DNA of 64,000 nucleotides from Nymphaea colorata (taxonomy: Eukaryota): positions 16,740,001-16,804,000 of the forward strand of contig NC_045138.2 of NCBI RefSeq assembly GCF_008831285.2, in the 5' to 3' direction. Every line of letters starts with the position of its first letter. Position 1 is the first letter of the stretch. Below, one piece after another: positions 1-13,463 of the stretch. The notes under the pieces were generated by a model. That model saw only the letters and a program-made list of their open reading frames with translations, searched no databases and was not told the DNA's origin. A program made the translations under genes and the position numbers.

Positions 1-344
1 GCTGTCTAATGGGCACATGTAGCACCAAAGGAGTTCATGGCAGGGGATCCCATCATCGACATGCTGTGGAACTGGGCATTTTGGCTTGAACTGTGCACTT
101 AATTAGCTATTGCCATGTGCTTCTCATCTATATACCTTAATCTCTGTGAAGCATTTTATGGAGCATTCACATAAGCTGGGTTTTGTTGACTCTTGCATTT
201 TTGAATCGTCACAAAATCTGATCCATGATATGTTGTTCTACTTATTTTGAATTGGCATCATCACATCAAGCTTTCTTCTCCACATCCTGCAGCCCATGTT
301 GATATTTGTAACTTGTGCATTAACAGAAGTTGGATAGGCTTGCT

Positions 345-3300
345 ATGGCGCACAAGGAGAGTGTTGAAGACTGTAAGACTATTGCTGGTCAGTCAAGTGA
401 GTCCTTAAGTAGTTCAATACAGCACAACATGCAAGTCACCACTTTTACAGAAGATCTGAAGGATATGACACTCCATTTTCAGATTATACAGTTACCTAGG
501 CAGGTAACTTTCTTGAACATGTTGTCATATCTTTTGTTATTTTTTTTCTTATATATATTGTCAATAAAAATTTGAGAGATGGTCAAATAAATTGATGTTT
601 GTTTCTTGTCATGATATCGTTCTAGCAATTTGGGCAAATTGGGTTGCATCTCAATTTTGAGGACCTTTTGCTGTTGAGTATAGCTTTTTGGACTTGGTAA
701 TTAAGTTGAAGAAAGGTAGTTGTTAGTAAATTCTGTATATTCGGGTGATTTTTTTGCAATAAAGACGAAGGATTCCAATTTTCCAAGGTATTGCCATATA
801 TGAAGTTTGGTAAGGGAAGCTAATTCAATTTAGGGCATATATATTTTGGTTGTATCTTATAAAATCTTTGCCTCCATGCAAACCATGTGAACATTCATGG
901 GCTTGAAGAATATTTATTTTCATAAAGTTGTGTTGAAGAATCACATGGTATTCTATTTTTGTTTATCTTGTCGCTTTCTGTTCTTGTGCCATAGGATCAT
1001 AAGAACCGCTAAAGGCTTGCAAAATCAGCAGGATAAAAAACCAAAAAATTGTGCCTTTATAGTGTTAAATATTGTAAAAGAGGTTATGTTGATTAGCTTT
1101 CGTGAGACACCCCTTCATGGGCTACAAATAGGAATATTATTCCCTCATATCCCTAATTCCTCTTTATCTTTCTCTCTATCAGCCATTTGACAACATTTGT
1201 GGACCGTACCATCAATTTAATGGGTTCCACAATAACATTATTCCATGTGATCATTTGCATGGAGGACTCTGATGAGTTATGTGACAGGGGGGTCTTCATT
1301 GTGAACGGTGGGCACTTGCTATTGTTCATATCCTTTCCAATGACAATTCAGAATTGAAACTGTGTCTGTCCTCCTGAAGAATCTTTGGATTCAGAATGGT
1401 CAGTACCGGATTTAGAATGGTGAGTACCTTTAATTAGTGAAGGAAGGTCCAACCCATAGTTACTAGTAAATTAAAAGGATGCAGGAAGCAGTACATGAAG
1501 CAAAGCTGGGAAACAAACATTTTGAAAAATATTACACTAGCATAGATGATGGAATTCAGGAAAGTGTTGAAACAAAGGCAGATTAGTGAATTTTTAAAAC
1601 CTAAAAAAGTGAAGCAGGTTTCCTGGTAACTAAGAGCTAACTAATTTTAGTTAATGTGCTAGAATTAATGTCCCTTATTAATGTTCACCTAAGTAAGATG
1701 GACTCTTCTAAAAGGTTGCCGCACCTGGGTCCTGTCAGATGCAGCTTGGATGCAGCTCGGGCGTGGCTCAACAACAAACAAATTGCTTTCTTTTCCACTG
1801 AATCATTGATAAAAATCATAGTTTGATTTAATTGTTATTTTTATTACTTATAAACAATTTTGTTGCTTTTATTGTTTGTAGATAATTCTATTATGTTCAT
1901 AAATATATATAGATATATAAACGTACTTATCCTCAGAGCGGCTGCACCCATGTGTTTATGAAAAATAAAGCAGCTGCACCTGCACTTGCAACTGAATCAC
2001 ACACCTGTGCGACATAAATGTTCACTTAAATCCACCTATGATCCAACACGTCTAATAACCAGTCCCCTGATCTAGCTTGGTTCTCTCTTTCCTCCCACTT
2101 CCCCATAACTCACGATGATATTCCCACATATTTTATACTAAACTTAGATGCAGTAACAATTAGTGTTGGTGGGGTTTGTTAAGCCAGTTTTTGGAAAAAG
2201 TAAAAAATGTCAGGATATTTAAAGTCATGTGACCTGGCATCATATCAAGAACTGAATGTAGACAGAGAATGACCTTTAAGTTCCTTGGAGAACTTCTGTC
2301 AGGTTGGAGTTGAGGTTCTACACATAAAAAGCTGGATAGATAAGCTATGTAGTTAAAACTGCTACATGGCCATGGTCAGCATATGCCATAGGCCCATAAA
2401 AAAGGTGCATTCAGGCGGAACTAACAGATCGAGCCTGTACAAAGCAGTGAGAAAAAGAAGAAAAAAAAAAGGAAAAGAAATAGAAAAATAAGTGGCAATA
2501 TGGGACATAGAAACCCTTTCACCTCAACCAACACACTAAGAAGAGAAGTTAATTGCTTTTAAAATTACACTCTAATGGGCTGCTTTTATCTGGAATATGA
2601 TGCATTCTCTTTTTATTGTTGAAATATTTCTTAGTTGCTTTTAAGATATCGGTTCCTCACGTTCCAAGAAACTTGATGAGGACCTAGACAATTACTAATT
2701 CCTTTTTCTCTGAATGGGTAGATTTATGTGTGGATTGGCTGCAATTCTTCCAAACTTGGTCATTTATATGCTGCTGCACCAACACGCCCCGTAAGTAAAA
2801 TGCATATGTGAGGCTTGTGTGTTTTGAGGCTTTATACGTGTGTCATGTGTGCAAGCATGTGTATAATTTGTTGATTGATCTGATAAACAGTAATCTGGAC
2901 TGTTGGACAGTCGGAAAGAAAATGGAGCACCTGAACAACCATTATGCTCCTCTGGATTCCTAAGTATGTTGTACTTTTGATATGGTTATTGTCTTATTGA
3001 TGCTATTTTATGTTCTTATCCAGAGAAATGAGGTAACTGTTGCTTCAATACTAGGTGGGGCAGCTGACAATACTGGTCTTAGTATTTCTCGCCGCCTAGG
3101 TACGACCATGAATAAGCTGGTACGATCATGAATAAGCTGGTATTTCTACCTCTTCTTGGGGTCATCTAATTCAGTTTGAATGTTCTACTTTCAGTCATAA
3201 AAACAGGCCTCAATATAGTGCTGGCTTGCAATATTCCCAAGAATTGCCCAATGATTGAGGTTCTCTCTCTTTCTTTCTCTCTTTTGTTGCATGTTTGTGC

Positions 3301-3450
3301 AAATTCACATGCATGTGTAGTGAATGTCTATAAGCTGCGGTTAACACAAACTAGTTCGCAAACTCTGTTGAAAGAACAGCTTGACGGCCTTCTGTGACAA
3401 CTCTCTCCACATGGCTGAACAAATTACTCATCTTTTGTGTAAAATGACTG

Positions 3451-3526
<76 letters not shown>

Positions 3527-3734
3527 AGTTTTTGCTGGGCTCCAACAAAGAAGTATCATTTCCATATTTTAAGTTCACATGCGGACGTCATCTTGGGTAG
3601 TTGTGTTGGTGCAACATGTTGCCATCCTAGTTCATGATGTCCATGTTTTGCAGGCTGATGCAGAGAGATTGCTGCTCCAGAAGCTCAAAAGCCTAGGTTA
3701 TATAAAGCCAAAATCTGGGAGTGTTGCTAGCTGA
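345..3734 (+). CDS. PSMG4: Proteasome assembly chaperone 4 (PAC4/PSMG4)-like protein, 5 coding exons, ~149 aa
   Basis: Exons 345-503, 2722-2790, 3024-3099, 3195-3259 and 3654-3734, all with GT-AG introns and consistent phases. Spliced product ...LHFQIIQLPRQ/IYVWIGCNSSKLGHLYAAAPTRP/RNEVTVASILGGAADNTGLSISRRLV/IKTGLNIVLACNIPKNCPMIE/ADAERLLLQKLKSLGY... matches my recollection of the plant PAC4 family. Confidence 0.85.
1689..2017. mobile_element. hAT-like non-autonomous element (CTAAGT.../...GCGACATA family) in PAC4 intron 1
   Basis: 8-bp direct repeat ATGTTCAC at 1681-1688 and 2018-2025. Ends CTAAGT... and ...GCGACATAA and subterminal GCACC motifs resemble the copies at 32541 and 58460. Confidence 0.65.
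3452..3525. repeat. Compound microsatellite (TC)n(TA)n(CA)n
   Basis: Directly visible dinucleotide runs in PAC4 intron 4. Confidence 0.95.
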
Positions 3735-4002
3735 CATGTAGCAACTAACCTTGTTGATGAGGCTTTTTGAGCTGGAATCCTTGTTATGATTGGTCCAGCT
3801 AAGTCATGTAGCCAACATTTGCAATTAGTAAGTATTCTGGGCGGGCATGATCCTGATTACTTGTGCTGCCTTCTGCAGTCTTTGTAATTTGATTAGTATT
3901 GATACAACTGTTCTTACTTATACAAGATAGGTCGGTGATTTGATGAAGCCTAGCTTTTGTCTTAGCACCTTTCCTTGATTATGTATATAAGGCTTTCAGC
4001 TC

Positions 4003-4738
4003 TGGCACGGGTACGGGGACAGCATTTTTCAAAATTTAGGATACGCGGACACGGTGAATATTATATTCAAAAAAATTAAAAATGATAATAAAAAAAAAAC
4101 ATGAGAATCTCATACAAAACATTGTTTTTTCATCACCAATCTCATAAGTCATAACTCATAAAGAAAGAAAGTCCTACTACATTAAACATAATAAAAAGAT
4201 GCAAAAAACATATAATGAACATAAAAATTATGAAATAAAACAATATAACAAACTGACAGTATAAACATGCAGTCCAGATTTATTTCTGAATAAATTTGCA
4301 AGAAAATATTGCACATAGGCAAAATCCCCAAATCGGCCAAATCTAACAAACTAACAGTATAAACATGACAGTATAAATTGACAGTATAAAGAATGCAAAC
4401 ACGAAGGCAAAATCCCCAAATCAAACAAAAAAAAAATATCGCAAATAGCATGGAAGAATAAGATCATTAACCGTCCAATCTTCAAACGAAAATATTTTCA
4501 AATCAGCAAGGAAAACCATCGATCGCCGGAGCTCGCCGTCAATCGCTGGAGCTCGTTGCCATCGCCGTCGCCCGCCATTGCCGAATTGCTGTCGCTGCAA
4601 GTCGTCGAAGGTAAAGGGTAAGACGTAAGTCGTCGAGGGTTTAAACAGAAATCGGGTTATGAAAGGCCGTGTCGGAATGTCGGCATCCGCGTGTCGACAC
4701 CGGTACTTGACCTAGATTGTCGTGTCCATGTCACATAG
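4003..4738. mobile_element. Probable truncated hAT-like non-autonomous element
   Basis: GGGTACGG/GGACACGG subterminal motifs at left, CGTGTC motifs and a ...GTCACATAG end at right, with a GC-rich ATCGCC-repeat core. No clean TSD found. Confidence 0.4.
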
Positions 4739-5015
4739 GTCAGCAGTGTTATAGAACAGATGATGCATTAAGAAATAGCCTCTTTGTGTGGTTCTGTTTT
4801 GAATGATAAAGAAGTATTTAAAACGAAAGCGTGAAATAGCAGAGAGAATTAGATATGGTGCTGTTGCAACAATGGCAAACCTATGTCGAGATTTGGTTAA
4901 TCAGCTGTAAAGGTTAGTCGGTGGACTTGGTACTTTGAGTTTGAGGAACTCCTTTTCTTTCTTTACGTGAGTTGTATGGAACAAGTTGAAGATGGATTGA
5001 TGGATTTTTAACTCA

Positions 5016-5178
5016 GAGGCGTTTGATTACACAATGTTAGGCCTGAAATCAGCTGAGATTTGAGGATTGGACCCTCCGTTTGAAAGGTGTAAGAATCATA
5101 CCATGGATTTGTAAACTTTGCAACGGGTCTTGTTAAATCAGACTTTCAGATCTAAGATCTAGAGTAATCAAACACCCC
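5016..5178. mobile_element. Tourist-like (PIF/Harbinger) MITE
   Basis: Imperfect 15-bp TIR: GAGGCGTTTGATTAC ... GTAATCAAACACCCC (2 mismatches). Confidence 0.5.
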
Positions 5179-5944
5179 ATGGAATAAGAATGGAAGAATT
5201 ATACTTGACGAACTTGGACAATCAGAAAGTGTAAATTCCCATCAAACAAGAAATTAAAAAAATGTGTAGTTTTTCTTATTTTCTGTCCTTGTTAAGGGGT
5301 CAACTGGAAAAAATTTGAAACTTTTTTCATGGTGGTTCTGATCGGAAGAAAATATTTTTTAAATATAAATATATATTTTTAATTATATAGCATATATTAT
5401 TAATAAAATAAAAATAATATTTAAAAGTTATCGGACCGAATCGAGCTCCCATCAAACCGACTCTAGCCTGATCGGTTGGGTACTGGGTACTTGTTGGATA
5501 CCTGGTGTGATGCCCAAGTCTAATCAAAATTGGGTTTGAAGAAAAAAAAAACAGTTTTTACAAAACCAGGTTTCGAATGGGTCGCCCAACCAAAAAAATC
5601 CGATGCAATCAAACATCGGGCCCAACCAAGTGTACTATGCCTATCGGGGAAACCTTATTGTGAGTTTCTTCAAGAGCTTAAGCTTTTTGAGTCTAAATGG
5701 CTTAAGGCCATATTTGATAGACTAGGAGGTATTAATATTTTAAATTTTTAAGTTTACGGGGCACCTGTATATAACTTAGGAAAAAATAATAATAATGAGA
5801 CATCAATGCATAAATAAGATGATAATTTCTATAAGCTGGCGTCCAAAATTGCAGATATTAGCCCCCATGTGAGTCCGCTAACTATAGATTTAAAGTTAGA
5901 CACGGATCTCAAACTAATGATTGTAAAGTCCACTGTTTGCTTAA

Positions 5945-6387
5945 GGGCATGTTTGGTATGAGGGAAATGGAAGGAAAGTGAGGGATTGAGCAATCTTCTT
6001 TTGTTTGGTTGGCTAATTAGAAATGAGGAAAATGGACAAAATATGTTTGGCTGCAAGGGGAGGGAAATGAAAGGAAATGAAGGGATTGTTTAGTATAAAT
6101 CCATTCCCTCCCAAATCGAACGGATTGGAAAGGAAATGAAAAAAAGGTAAGTGGAAGAGTTTTTTATTTCCACACTACCCCTCCTTTTATTTCTCTCCTT
6201 TCTAAATATATGTGCTATTTAGTTTTTTTTTTAATTCTATTCCTTTCCTTTCCTTTTCTATCCAAACAAACTTTTTAATCAATTCTTTCTATTCCTTTCC
6301 ATTCTATTCATTTCTCTTCCCTTCCTTTCCCTTTCCTTCCCATTCCCTTCCTTTCCATCCATTCCTTTCCCTCCAACCAAACAAAGC
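5945..6387. mobile_element. Tourist-like (PIF/Harbinger) MITE with GGAAA/TTTCC fold-back arms
   Basis: Begins after TAA with GGGCATGTTTGG and ends CCAAACAAAGC. The left arm is rich in GGAAA(T)G and the right arm in the complementary TTTCC/CATTCC repeats. Confidence 0.6.
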
Positions 6388-6545
6388 AAAGTTGTGCGTT
6401 CTACCTAGTGCAGATTAAAGCAATTTGGAATATAAAATCCGACGCAATCAAACATTGCCTAAAGGACGGCCCCTTGGATTTTGCACTTGAATTAGGCAGC
6501 GTCGAAACACTTTTGCTTTCTCACGTTTTTATAAAAAAGTTTACC

Positions 6546-7402
6546 CTATGTCGCTGCGGTACGTCTCTTGGACCCACGTATCGGTATCAGTACGCTGGTA
6601 GGCGGTGGTATGTTTGGATCTGGTTTATGGTAGAAACCAAATGCAAACCAAGTTAATGTCCAAAAAAAATAAAACCTAAAATCGTTTGACGAGTCTCCAC
6701 GTTCGGCGGTATGCGATGGTACGTTTGGATCTGGATATTGTTCTTTTTGTTTTTTTCGTTTAACCTTTTCTATTGTTTTGTGAGTTACCTGATTTTAAGA
6801 TGTTTTCTATACCAATTAGTGATTCTTTGCCGATATAACTTGTTTTTTTTTTATCATGGCTCTTCTAAAATAAAGTATATGAGATGACAAACACTACATC
6901 TGAGCCAGAAAATGTAATGCGATGTTGGTTTGTTGTAGATTTTGTTTTGGTGTTTTCACTTTTCTCTTTGAGATTGAGTTGCATGTTTGGGCATTATTTT
7001 CATGATTTTCTTCATTGGTAGAAAAAGTTAAATGCTATTCGTAGTTGTGGTAATGGGGAACATAAGTATTATAGTCTCTGAAAAGAAAAGGGAAAAAAGT
7101 AAAAAGTAAATAGTAGATACTTTTACTTCTTCTGGCGGTTGATTTGAATTCCTTGAATTTTTATTTTTAATTGGAAGAAAGCACTAATTCCACCACATCT
7201 TAAAAGAAAATTGGCTATTCATCTCTTTTCAAAACCAGTTTGCCAAAATTAGCAAAACCAGTTTATAATTTTTTTAATTAAAAAATTAACTTTATTGCAT
7301 AAAATTTACACCATACACGTGTCATGAATTTCAAAAACGCTGTACCAATATTTATTTTCTCGTACCCGTACCAATACTTATACCAGTACCCAAGTGACAT
7401 AG
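6546..7402. mobile_element. hAT-like non-autonomous element (CTATGTCGC...GTGACATAG)
   Basis: 9-bp imperfect TIR of the same family as 32541 and 58460, with GGTACG/CGTACC subterminal repeats. TSD not preserved. Confidence 0.55.
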
Positions 7403-9595
7403 CATATAATTAAACACAACGGTCAAATAGTTCATTGCAAGGTCAAAAATTTTGTCCACAAATTTTTTTTTGTGTCCTCTAAACAAGAATGTTTTTTTTC
7501 AAAAATTATAGGCCATCAAACATGAACTAGATTTTTAAAAAAGTAAATTTTTCCTTACTATACAAAAGTAAATTTTTCCTTACTGTACACTTATGTTGCA
7601 TTTTCTTCTTGGAAGAAACCTCCACATCAAACGGGGCCTAAGGAAGGATGATATGAGATTATCGGTAGATAATTGAGAATATAACTCGTTGATTCAACGT
7701 TTAACTCCAAAAGAGTGATGTACATTTGATTGGGCACCCGGCCAGGCCGCAGCAGGGTCGGCCCCGCCTTAATGTAAGCGTCGACGGTCCGAAAAGTCCG
7801 GCTAACTAAAAAAAAAAAAAGGTTAGGGTTTTTCATTGTTTCAACGACCGTCATTCTCGCTGCCTCGGCATCACCTTACTTCTGCTGACCTTGTCAAGGA
7901 CAAGGATATTGCTGGTTCTCCTTCGCCTGCCGATCAATCTCTTCCAATCCCTCGCTTCAAACCCCCTAAATCCACATCCTCTCCCTTGCTCCCCCTCTCG
8001 AAGCTTCCGCTCATTGCTCGATCAAAAATGTCCGGCGCCCGCTCCCTTTCTCTCCCTCTCAAACCCTCCCTTCCGTGCCTGATTGCCGACATATGCTGCC
8101 TGTGCCTTTTTTCATTAAAAATGAAGGTTCACGCCCAAACTTGCTGTAGTGGGGATAGCCCAGTGGCCTCCCATTCCATTAACATCAATGGTGAACGGCC
8201 GTCTGGCTCTCCAGCTTCCTACAAAGCAACACATGAAGGAGGAAAAAGCACTTACCGGAGGAGTGCACGATCGCCCGAATCTGCCGCCGCCGATCCCTAA
8301 TAGCCTCGGACACGGACAAGCAATGTTGGAAGCCTCTTGACAAGGCATGTAAAAAATTTTTGCAGCGCAGGAAAGAGAAACGAGTTGGGGAAGAAAATCC
8401 GCCAGTGGTGGGTGGTGGGTTGGAGGGCGTCCCGCGGGATTACAGCCCAAGCCCTATACTTCATCGGCCCGGCTCGATCTGGTTAGGGAACCGGCCAACG
8501 GGCTGGGTTTTTGTCATTTTTTTGGGGCCTAATCTTGGTTTTAAAATTAAAATGAAATTGTGATTTTAAAATTTTAAATGACGAAATTGATGAAATAAAA
8601 CATCATGGCATGAGTTTTCAAACGAAAAAAAATTATAAAATTCTATAACCCTAATTCCACTCATTAATGAGTCCTAAAATGATTCATGAATTAACTATAA
8701 TTATAGAATCAAAATTTTTTGTTTGATAATTAAAATGAAAATTTTAATTATGTAATTTCACAATTTTGACATCATCAAACACCCCTAAAAGTGCTTTATC
8801 ATGTGATAGGGGAGCTTCCCACATGCAACCAATTGAAAAAGGAAGGAATATCGAAGTGGCCACTATTTAGAATCCTAGGGTCATAGAAGGAAGCCAGCTT
8901 TCACACTCTCATCTCTTATCTTATGCCAACAAAAAGAAAAATTAATTTTGTACATCAATCAATAAATAAAAGCATGCGTTAATTTAGAAAAGGCAACCTC
9001 ATTAATTAATTCCACCAATCTCGAGCATCCAAGTCTTTAAATTTAAATTCCAGTAGTATGATGAAATAATTTTCATCTTCAAAAGATAGAGCAATTTTTG
9101 TGATTATGCACAACTGAAGTCACGATATCTCAACAATTTAACAACTTGCTACATTGCTGCTTATTTTAATATTTTTTTTCATTTTTATGAATAAAATCTT
9201 TGTATAATTTTACCTATTCAAAACCCATTAAATTAAATTTGGTAACGATTGGCTGAATCAGCAGCTCATCATTTTTTTTTTAATAAAGTAGATATTGATC
9301 AAGAAAGGGTGTGGGATTTGATAATTTGATCAATTATTTAATATTTAAGAGGAAACAACGCTGTCTACTTCAATTACCCATCTTCATGTACAAAGTTGCT
9401 CGATTAACTGGACTGACCTATTAATTAGCTAAATAATTTATTTTTTTAAACAATTGTACATGGGTACCTTTGGCGTGTTTGGGAAACGCAATTTCCCACT
9501 TTCTTTAATAAAGTTTTTATTTCATCTTTAAAACTTTCTGAATTCACATATGCAATTAAATGTCACTAAAAAAGTGCAGGACCTAAAGAATAGAG

Positions 9596-9653
9596 ACACG
9601 TGGCTCCCATTAAAAAGGCAAGAATCAAAACACGTGGCTTCCATTGAAAAGGC
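9596..9653 (+). promoter_or_regulatory. Paired G-box/ABRE (CACGTGGC x2) in a 34-bp tandem duplication
   Basis: ACACGTGGCTCCCATTAAAAAGGC and ACACGTGGCTTCCATTGAAAAGGC, upstream of a CT-rich leader-like tract at ~9810. Target gene not established. Confidence 0.4.
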
Positions 9654-9968
9654 GGTTTAAAGCTTTATTTACGGCGTAACGCACGAAGAAACCGCCGTCT
9701 GCCGCTTCCTTAACAACGCAGTAAAAGAAAGACAATCACGCCCTTTAACATCAAAAAATTTTCATTTTGCCATTCAGGTTGATTGATTACCGCTCTTCAG
9801 TCATTCTATCTTTCTGTCTCTCTCCTCTCTTCTAGGAGAATGATTAGAGACACCCGCTGCTGAAGAGGCCAGCCCCGGCGCTCTGTGGTCGACCACTAGG
9901 CGAAGAAAGGGAAGAGTCTGAAAGATGGGCGATCCGTAGATAGCCTTTACGGGCATGGAGATCTGAAA

Positions 9969-10132
9969 CTAATGCTCTCCAAAGAGGGGGAAAAAGTGAA
10001 CGGTGATTATCCATGCAAAACTGAGAAGAGAGAACGGTGTGAAGTTTTGGCTAATGCTCTCCAAAGAGGGGGAAAAAATAAATGCTCATTATCCATGCAA
10101 AACTGAGAAGAGAGAGCGGTGCGAAGTTTGGC
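9969..10132. repeat. ~82-bp tandem duplication
   Basis: CTAATGCTCTCCAAAGAGGGGGAAAAA...ATTATCCATGCAAAACTGAGAAGAGAG...GAAGTTT occurs at 9969 and again at 10051. Confidence 0.9.
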
Positions 10133-10882
10133 TCTTGCATTGCATCGTTTGGCAAACAGGCTGGCAGTTGAGAAGATGTAGACTGTAGAGTTGGGTTCGG
10201 TAGAACGGAGTTTTTTTTTGGGGGGCACGTGTTAAAAGGTTAAAATGGTAATTTTTAGTGATTGGACGAACCTTTCCGTCTGTCGTCGTTACCGAAGTGC
10301 CGTTTAGGTATGTTTTTGGGCGCCAATAGGTATCTAGAAATAGGGATTGGAGGCATTTTAGCGGAGGGTCGATGTTGGCCGTTAGGCTTCTCTTTTCATC
10401 ATCGTCTTGAGTGACTGCGTTTATAAATTTGGATGTAAAGGCTAAGAGGCAGGCAAAAGGCAGCAAGTTTAGAAGGGCGATTTTTGTAGGTTCTTTCATT
10501 TTGCTTCATCTTTTTTTTCTGTCTTTTTTGTTCTTGTATTTGTATTTAGGAAACTTTTTGTTCTCAAATTTTGTTATGGATTCCCACGTTATCTTATCTG
10601 CTTTGTGTATCTCTCTCTATCTTCTTCGCTCTCTTGTCAAGAGTTCTTTGGTTTGATTATTTGTTTTCTTTCACTTATTTATACCTATCATATTTTTTGT
10701 TAAACTCTTTTTTACGATAAAAGTGTTTGTGACGTGTTTTTTAAGGATATGTTTTGGTTTTTGAAAATATTATTCATCAATCTACATGTCAATGTGTCTT
10801 GATTTTTATCTCATTTGAAAAAGTGTAACAAAAAATGATACACACTAATGAGGTATTTCAGATGTGTTTTGGCTACCATACG

Positions 10883-11047
10883 TGTAACATTTCAGAAATT
10901 TAATACAAAAGTTTATAAATGGGGGTCATTAATGAGATGATTGTTCTGGTTCCTAGCCTTTTTGGGGTTGAAGCCGAAACTGCTAGGTAGCGGGTTGGGA
11001 TCCGTCGAACCAGGGATCCGAGTCAAAGAGTGGGTCAGGTTGTTACA
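10883..11047. mobile_element. Candidate short solo LTR (TRIM-like)
   Basis: Begins TGTAACA and ends TGTTACA, flanked by ATACG / ATATG (a 5-bp TSD differing by one CpG transition). Confidence 0.4.
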
Positions 11048-13463
11048 ATATGTAAGTGTCCTAAGGCTATGCCAAATATGAAGTGTAACAAGAAAATAAG
11101 ATGTATGGATAGGTTATCTTAGATGGGGTGTTGTTACTATTATTTATGAGTGCCATAAAACCACCTTAAAGGTTGTTAGGCAATAGGGACATTTTGTGAG
11201 TATCTCATAAATATGCTTTAATCCCAGATTTATAGAACAATAGTTGTAGTTTAAGTGTTTTATGAATCTGATTCAAATTTTAGGATTTAGAGTAAGATTC
11301 ATGAAACACTAACAAAGTGTTTTGTATACAAACGACAATTATATGTTACTGAAAGGTAATGAAAAAAAGTTTGTTTATAGCATAATCTTTTGTCAATAGA
11401 CCTTTTTCTCTAAACTTTGTTGTTGATGTATCATGGTGTTCAATGATGGATGTGTGTGGATTCTTTTTGGCAAAAAATAAAGTAACCTTTGGAACTTGTA
11501 TTAAAGGTAAGCTTTCTCTTATGTCTAAGTTAACATTTATTTTGTTTAAGAAACATTGATCAACAATTTCACTTGTTCAAGAACAAGGGATTTTGGGATT
11601 TGACTAACGTGATTTTGTTGCCATCATAACCTATAGTAGAATAGAATTGGAGATGTGTTTGAATTGTTTGAAAAAAATGTTACAAATGATTTTATTTCAT
11701 GTTTACTCATAAGATGGTGCACACAAATTTTTTTGTTCAATTGTCTTCTTATACTTGGATGAAAAAATGATATTAAAAAATGAAAAGGAAAATAAAATGA
11801 AGGAAAAACGTGTCTCTTTTAAAACACATTTATTTTATTCTCAACCTCATTATTTTTGGATGGATTGGAAATACGTAGTTTTTTTCTTTCATTTCTATAT
11901 AAAAACAATTTTGTTTAATTTTTCCTTTCTTTCTTATATGATTTGACACCAAATGCAATCTACTTTATTTTTCCCTTTATTTTCTCTCTTTTGACTTTTC
12001 TCATTTATCCAAACATAATTAGAAACAAATGTTTTGTTCCTATTCTTGGTTGTAACTAAATTATAAGAAGAAATGTTTTTAAATACGTACAAGAAGAAGA
12101 AGAAGAAAGACGAGGAGTTGGGGAACTTTTTAAGAAGGGGAGAATAAAGCAAATAACATTAATAGTTACCGTTGTTATGGATTTATATTCCATTAAGAAT
12201 AATGGTTGCTTTTTCGTTTTATATTATTTCAGGGTATCATGATCGTCCGAATAAAACTTTCTTGAAATTAATCGTTGTTCATCAAGTTCTCTTGCCCAAT
12301 TTGTATTACTATAAAAAAACTATGTGCACTTTACCTTGATGTATTTTGTTTGTGCAAAAGGCCATCCCAGTTGTTCACTTAGAATTCCTACATATCCTGT
12401 CAACAACTTGTGTATATCTTGGATGTGGCTCATGTATGAACTAAGATAATTGGTTGAATATATTATTTTAAATCAAGTAAAGGCAAGGGGTTAGAATATA
12501 GCATCTAGGCAATATCTTATGGGTCTTTTACAAGTTTCTGTTGTGGGAAATTGATTTTTGATAAATATTGTTTAGAGTTTCCAAGGGTTTACAGTCGATT
12601 ATACTTGCTTTTTGGGAATGTTGTGAGCACTTGTGTCATGTGAGAATCAACCTGTCTTTTTCTTTTCTTTTTTTTTTTCTTTGAACCTCACCTCTAATAT
12701 GATAATGGGGTACAACTATTGTCACTACTAGAAAAAAAAACTCTAAAGTCAACCATGGGTAGTGAGCCTGAACTATGGAGTTCAGTGTATTTGTGGAGTT
12801 GGGCTGATGATCAAGGTTCAGTTCATAAAAAATGACATTCTTCAATATCATGACATCTCTGCTTATATAAGTAGTAGCCCTTGTAATCTTTGCATATCTT
12901 ACAAACCTGCTCTTCAAGTTCTTGTCTTGAATCTCATGTAGTAATGAATTATAAAATATGCACATAACAATGTACTCAAAGTCTCAAACACACAAAGTCC
13001 ATAATATCAAGACAAACTCTAAAATGGTGTAAAATAAAGAGATTTGTTCTCCAAAATAGTTGTGGGCAGCTTGTTTGGCTGTAGATTAGAAGGCCTTTGT
13101 TTGCATAGAAATAGGTAGATTAATATCATGCGTCATGCTTATTGCACTTTCAACAAATGCTTGCTTTTAGTAATCTCATTATGGTGGGGTATGCGAACAA
13201 ACAACCATTTAAAGGATCCATATTTAATGAGGATGTTGAAACTAGGGTTAGGATAAGATGAAATCAATCTAATTCATTATCCCTTAATTCCACAATATAT
13301 ATGGTTAGGGTAAGAAGGGCGGCAACCACTGTTACAGTATAGTCCATAAAATGTTAAAAATGACAAAGAGAGACTCTTGGCACACGACTTTAAATATACT
13401 GTAAATGTTACTGTCATGCTCTGTTTGTTACAATGAGTAGCAAACTTAATAATAGGCAATGAT

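Noticed and set aside
7836..8300. 154-aa ORF
   Set aside because: S/P/L-rich, non-ATG start, no recognisable domain; a GC-rich repeat-like region explains the open frame.
12636..12965. ORF with ISRDV...FYE resembling the copia integrase C-terminus
   Set aside because: Probably a decayed retroelement scrap, too degenerate to delimit; not a gene.
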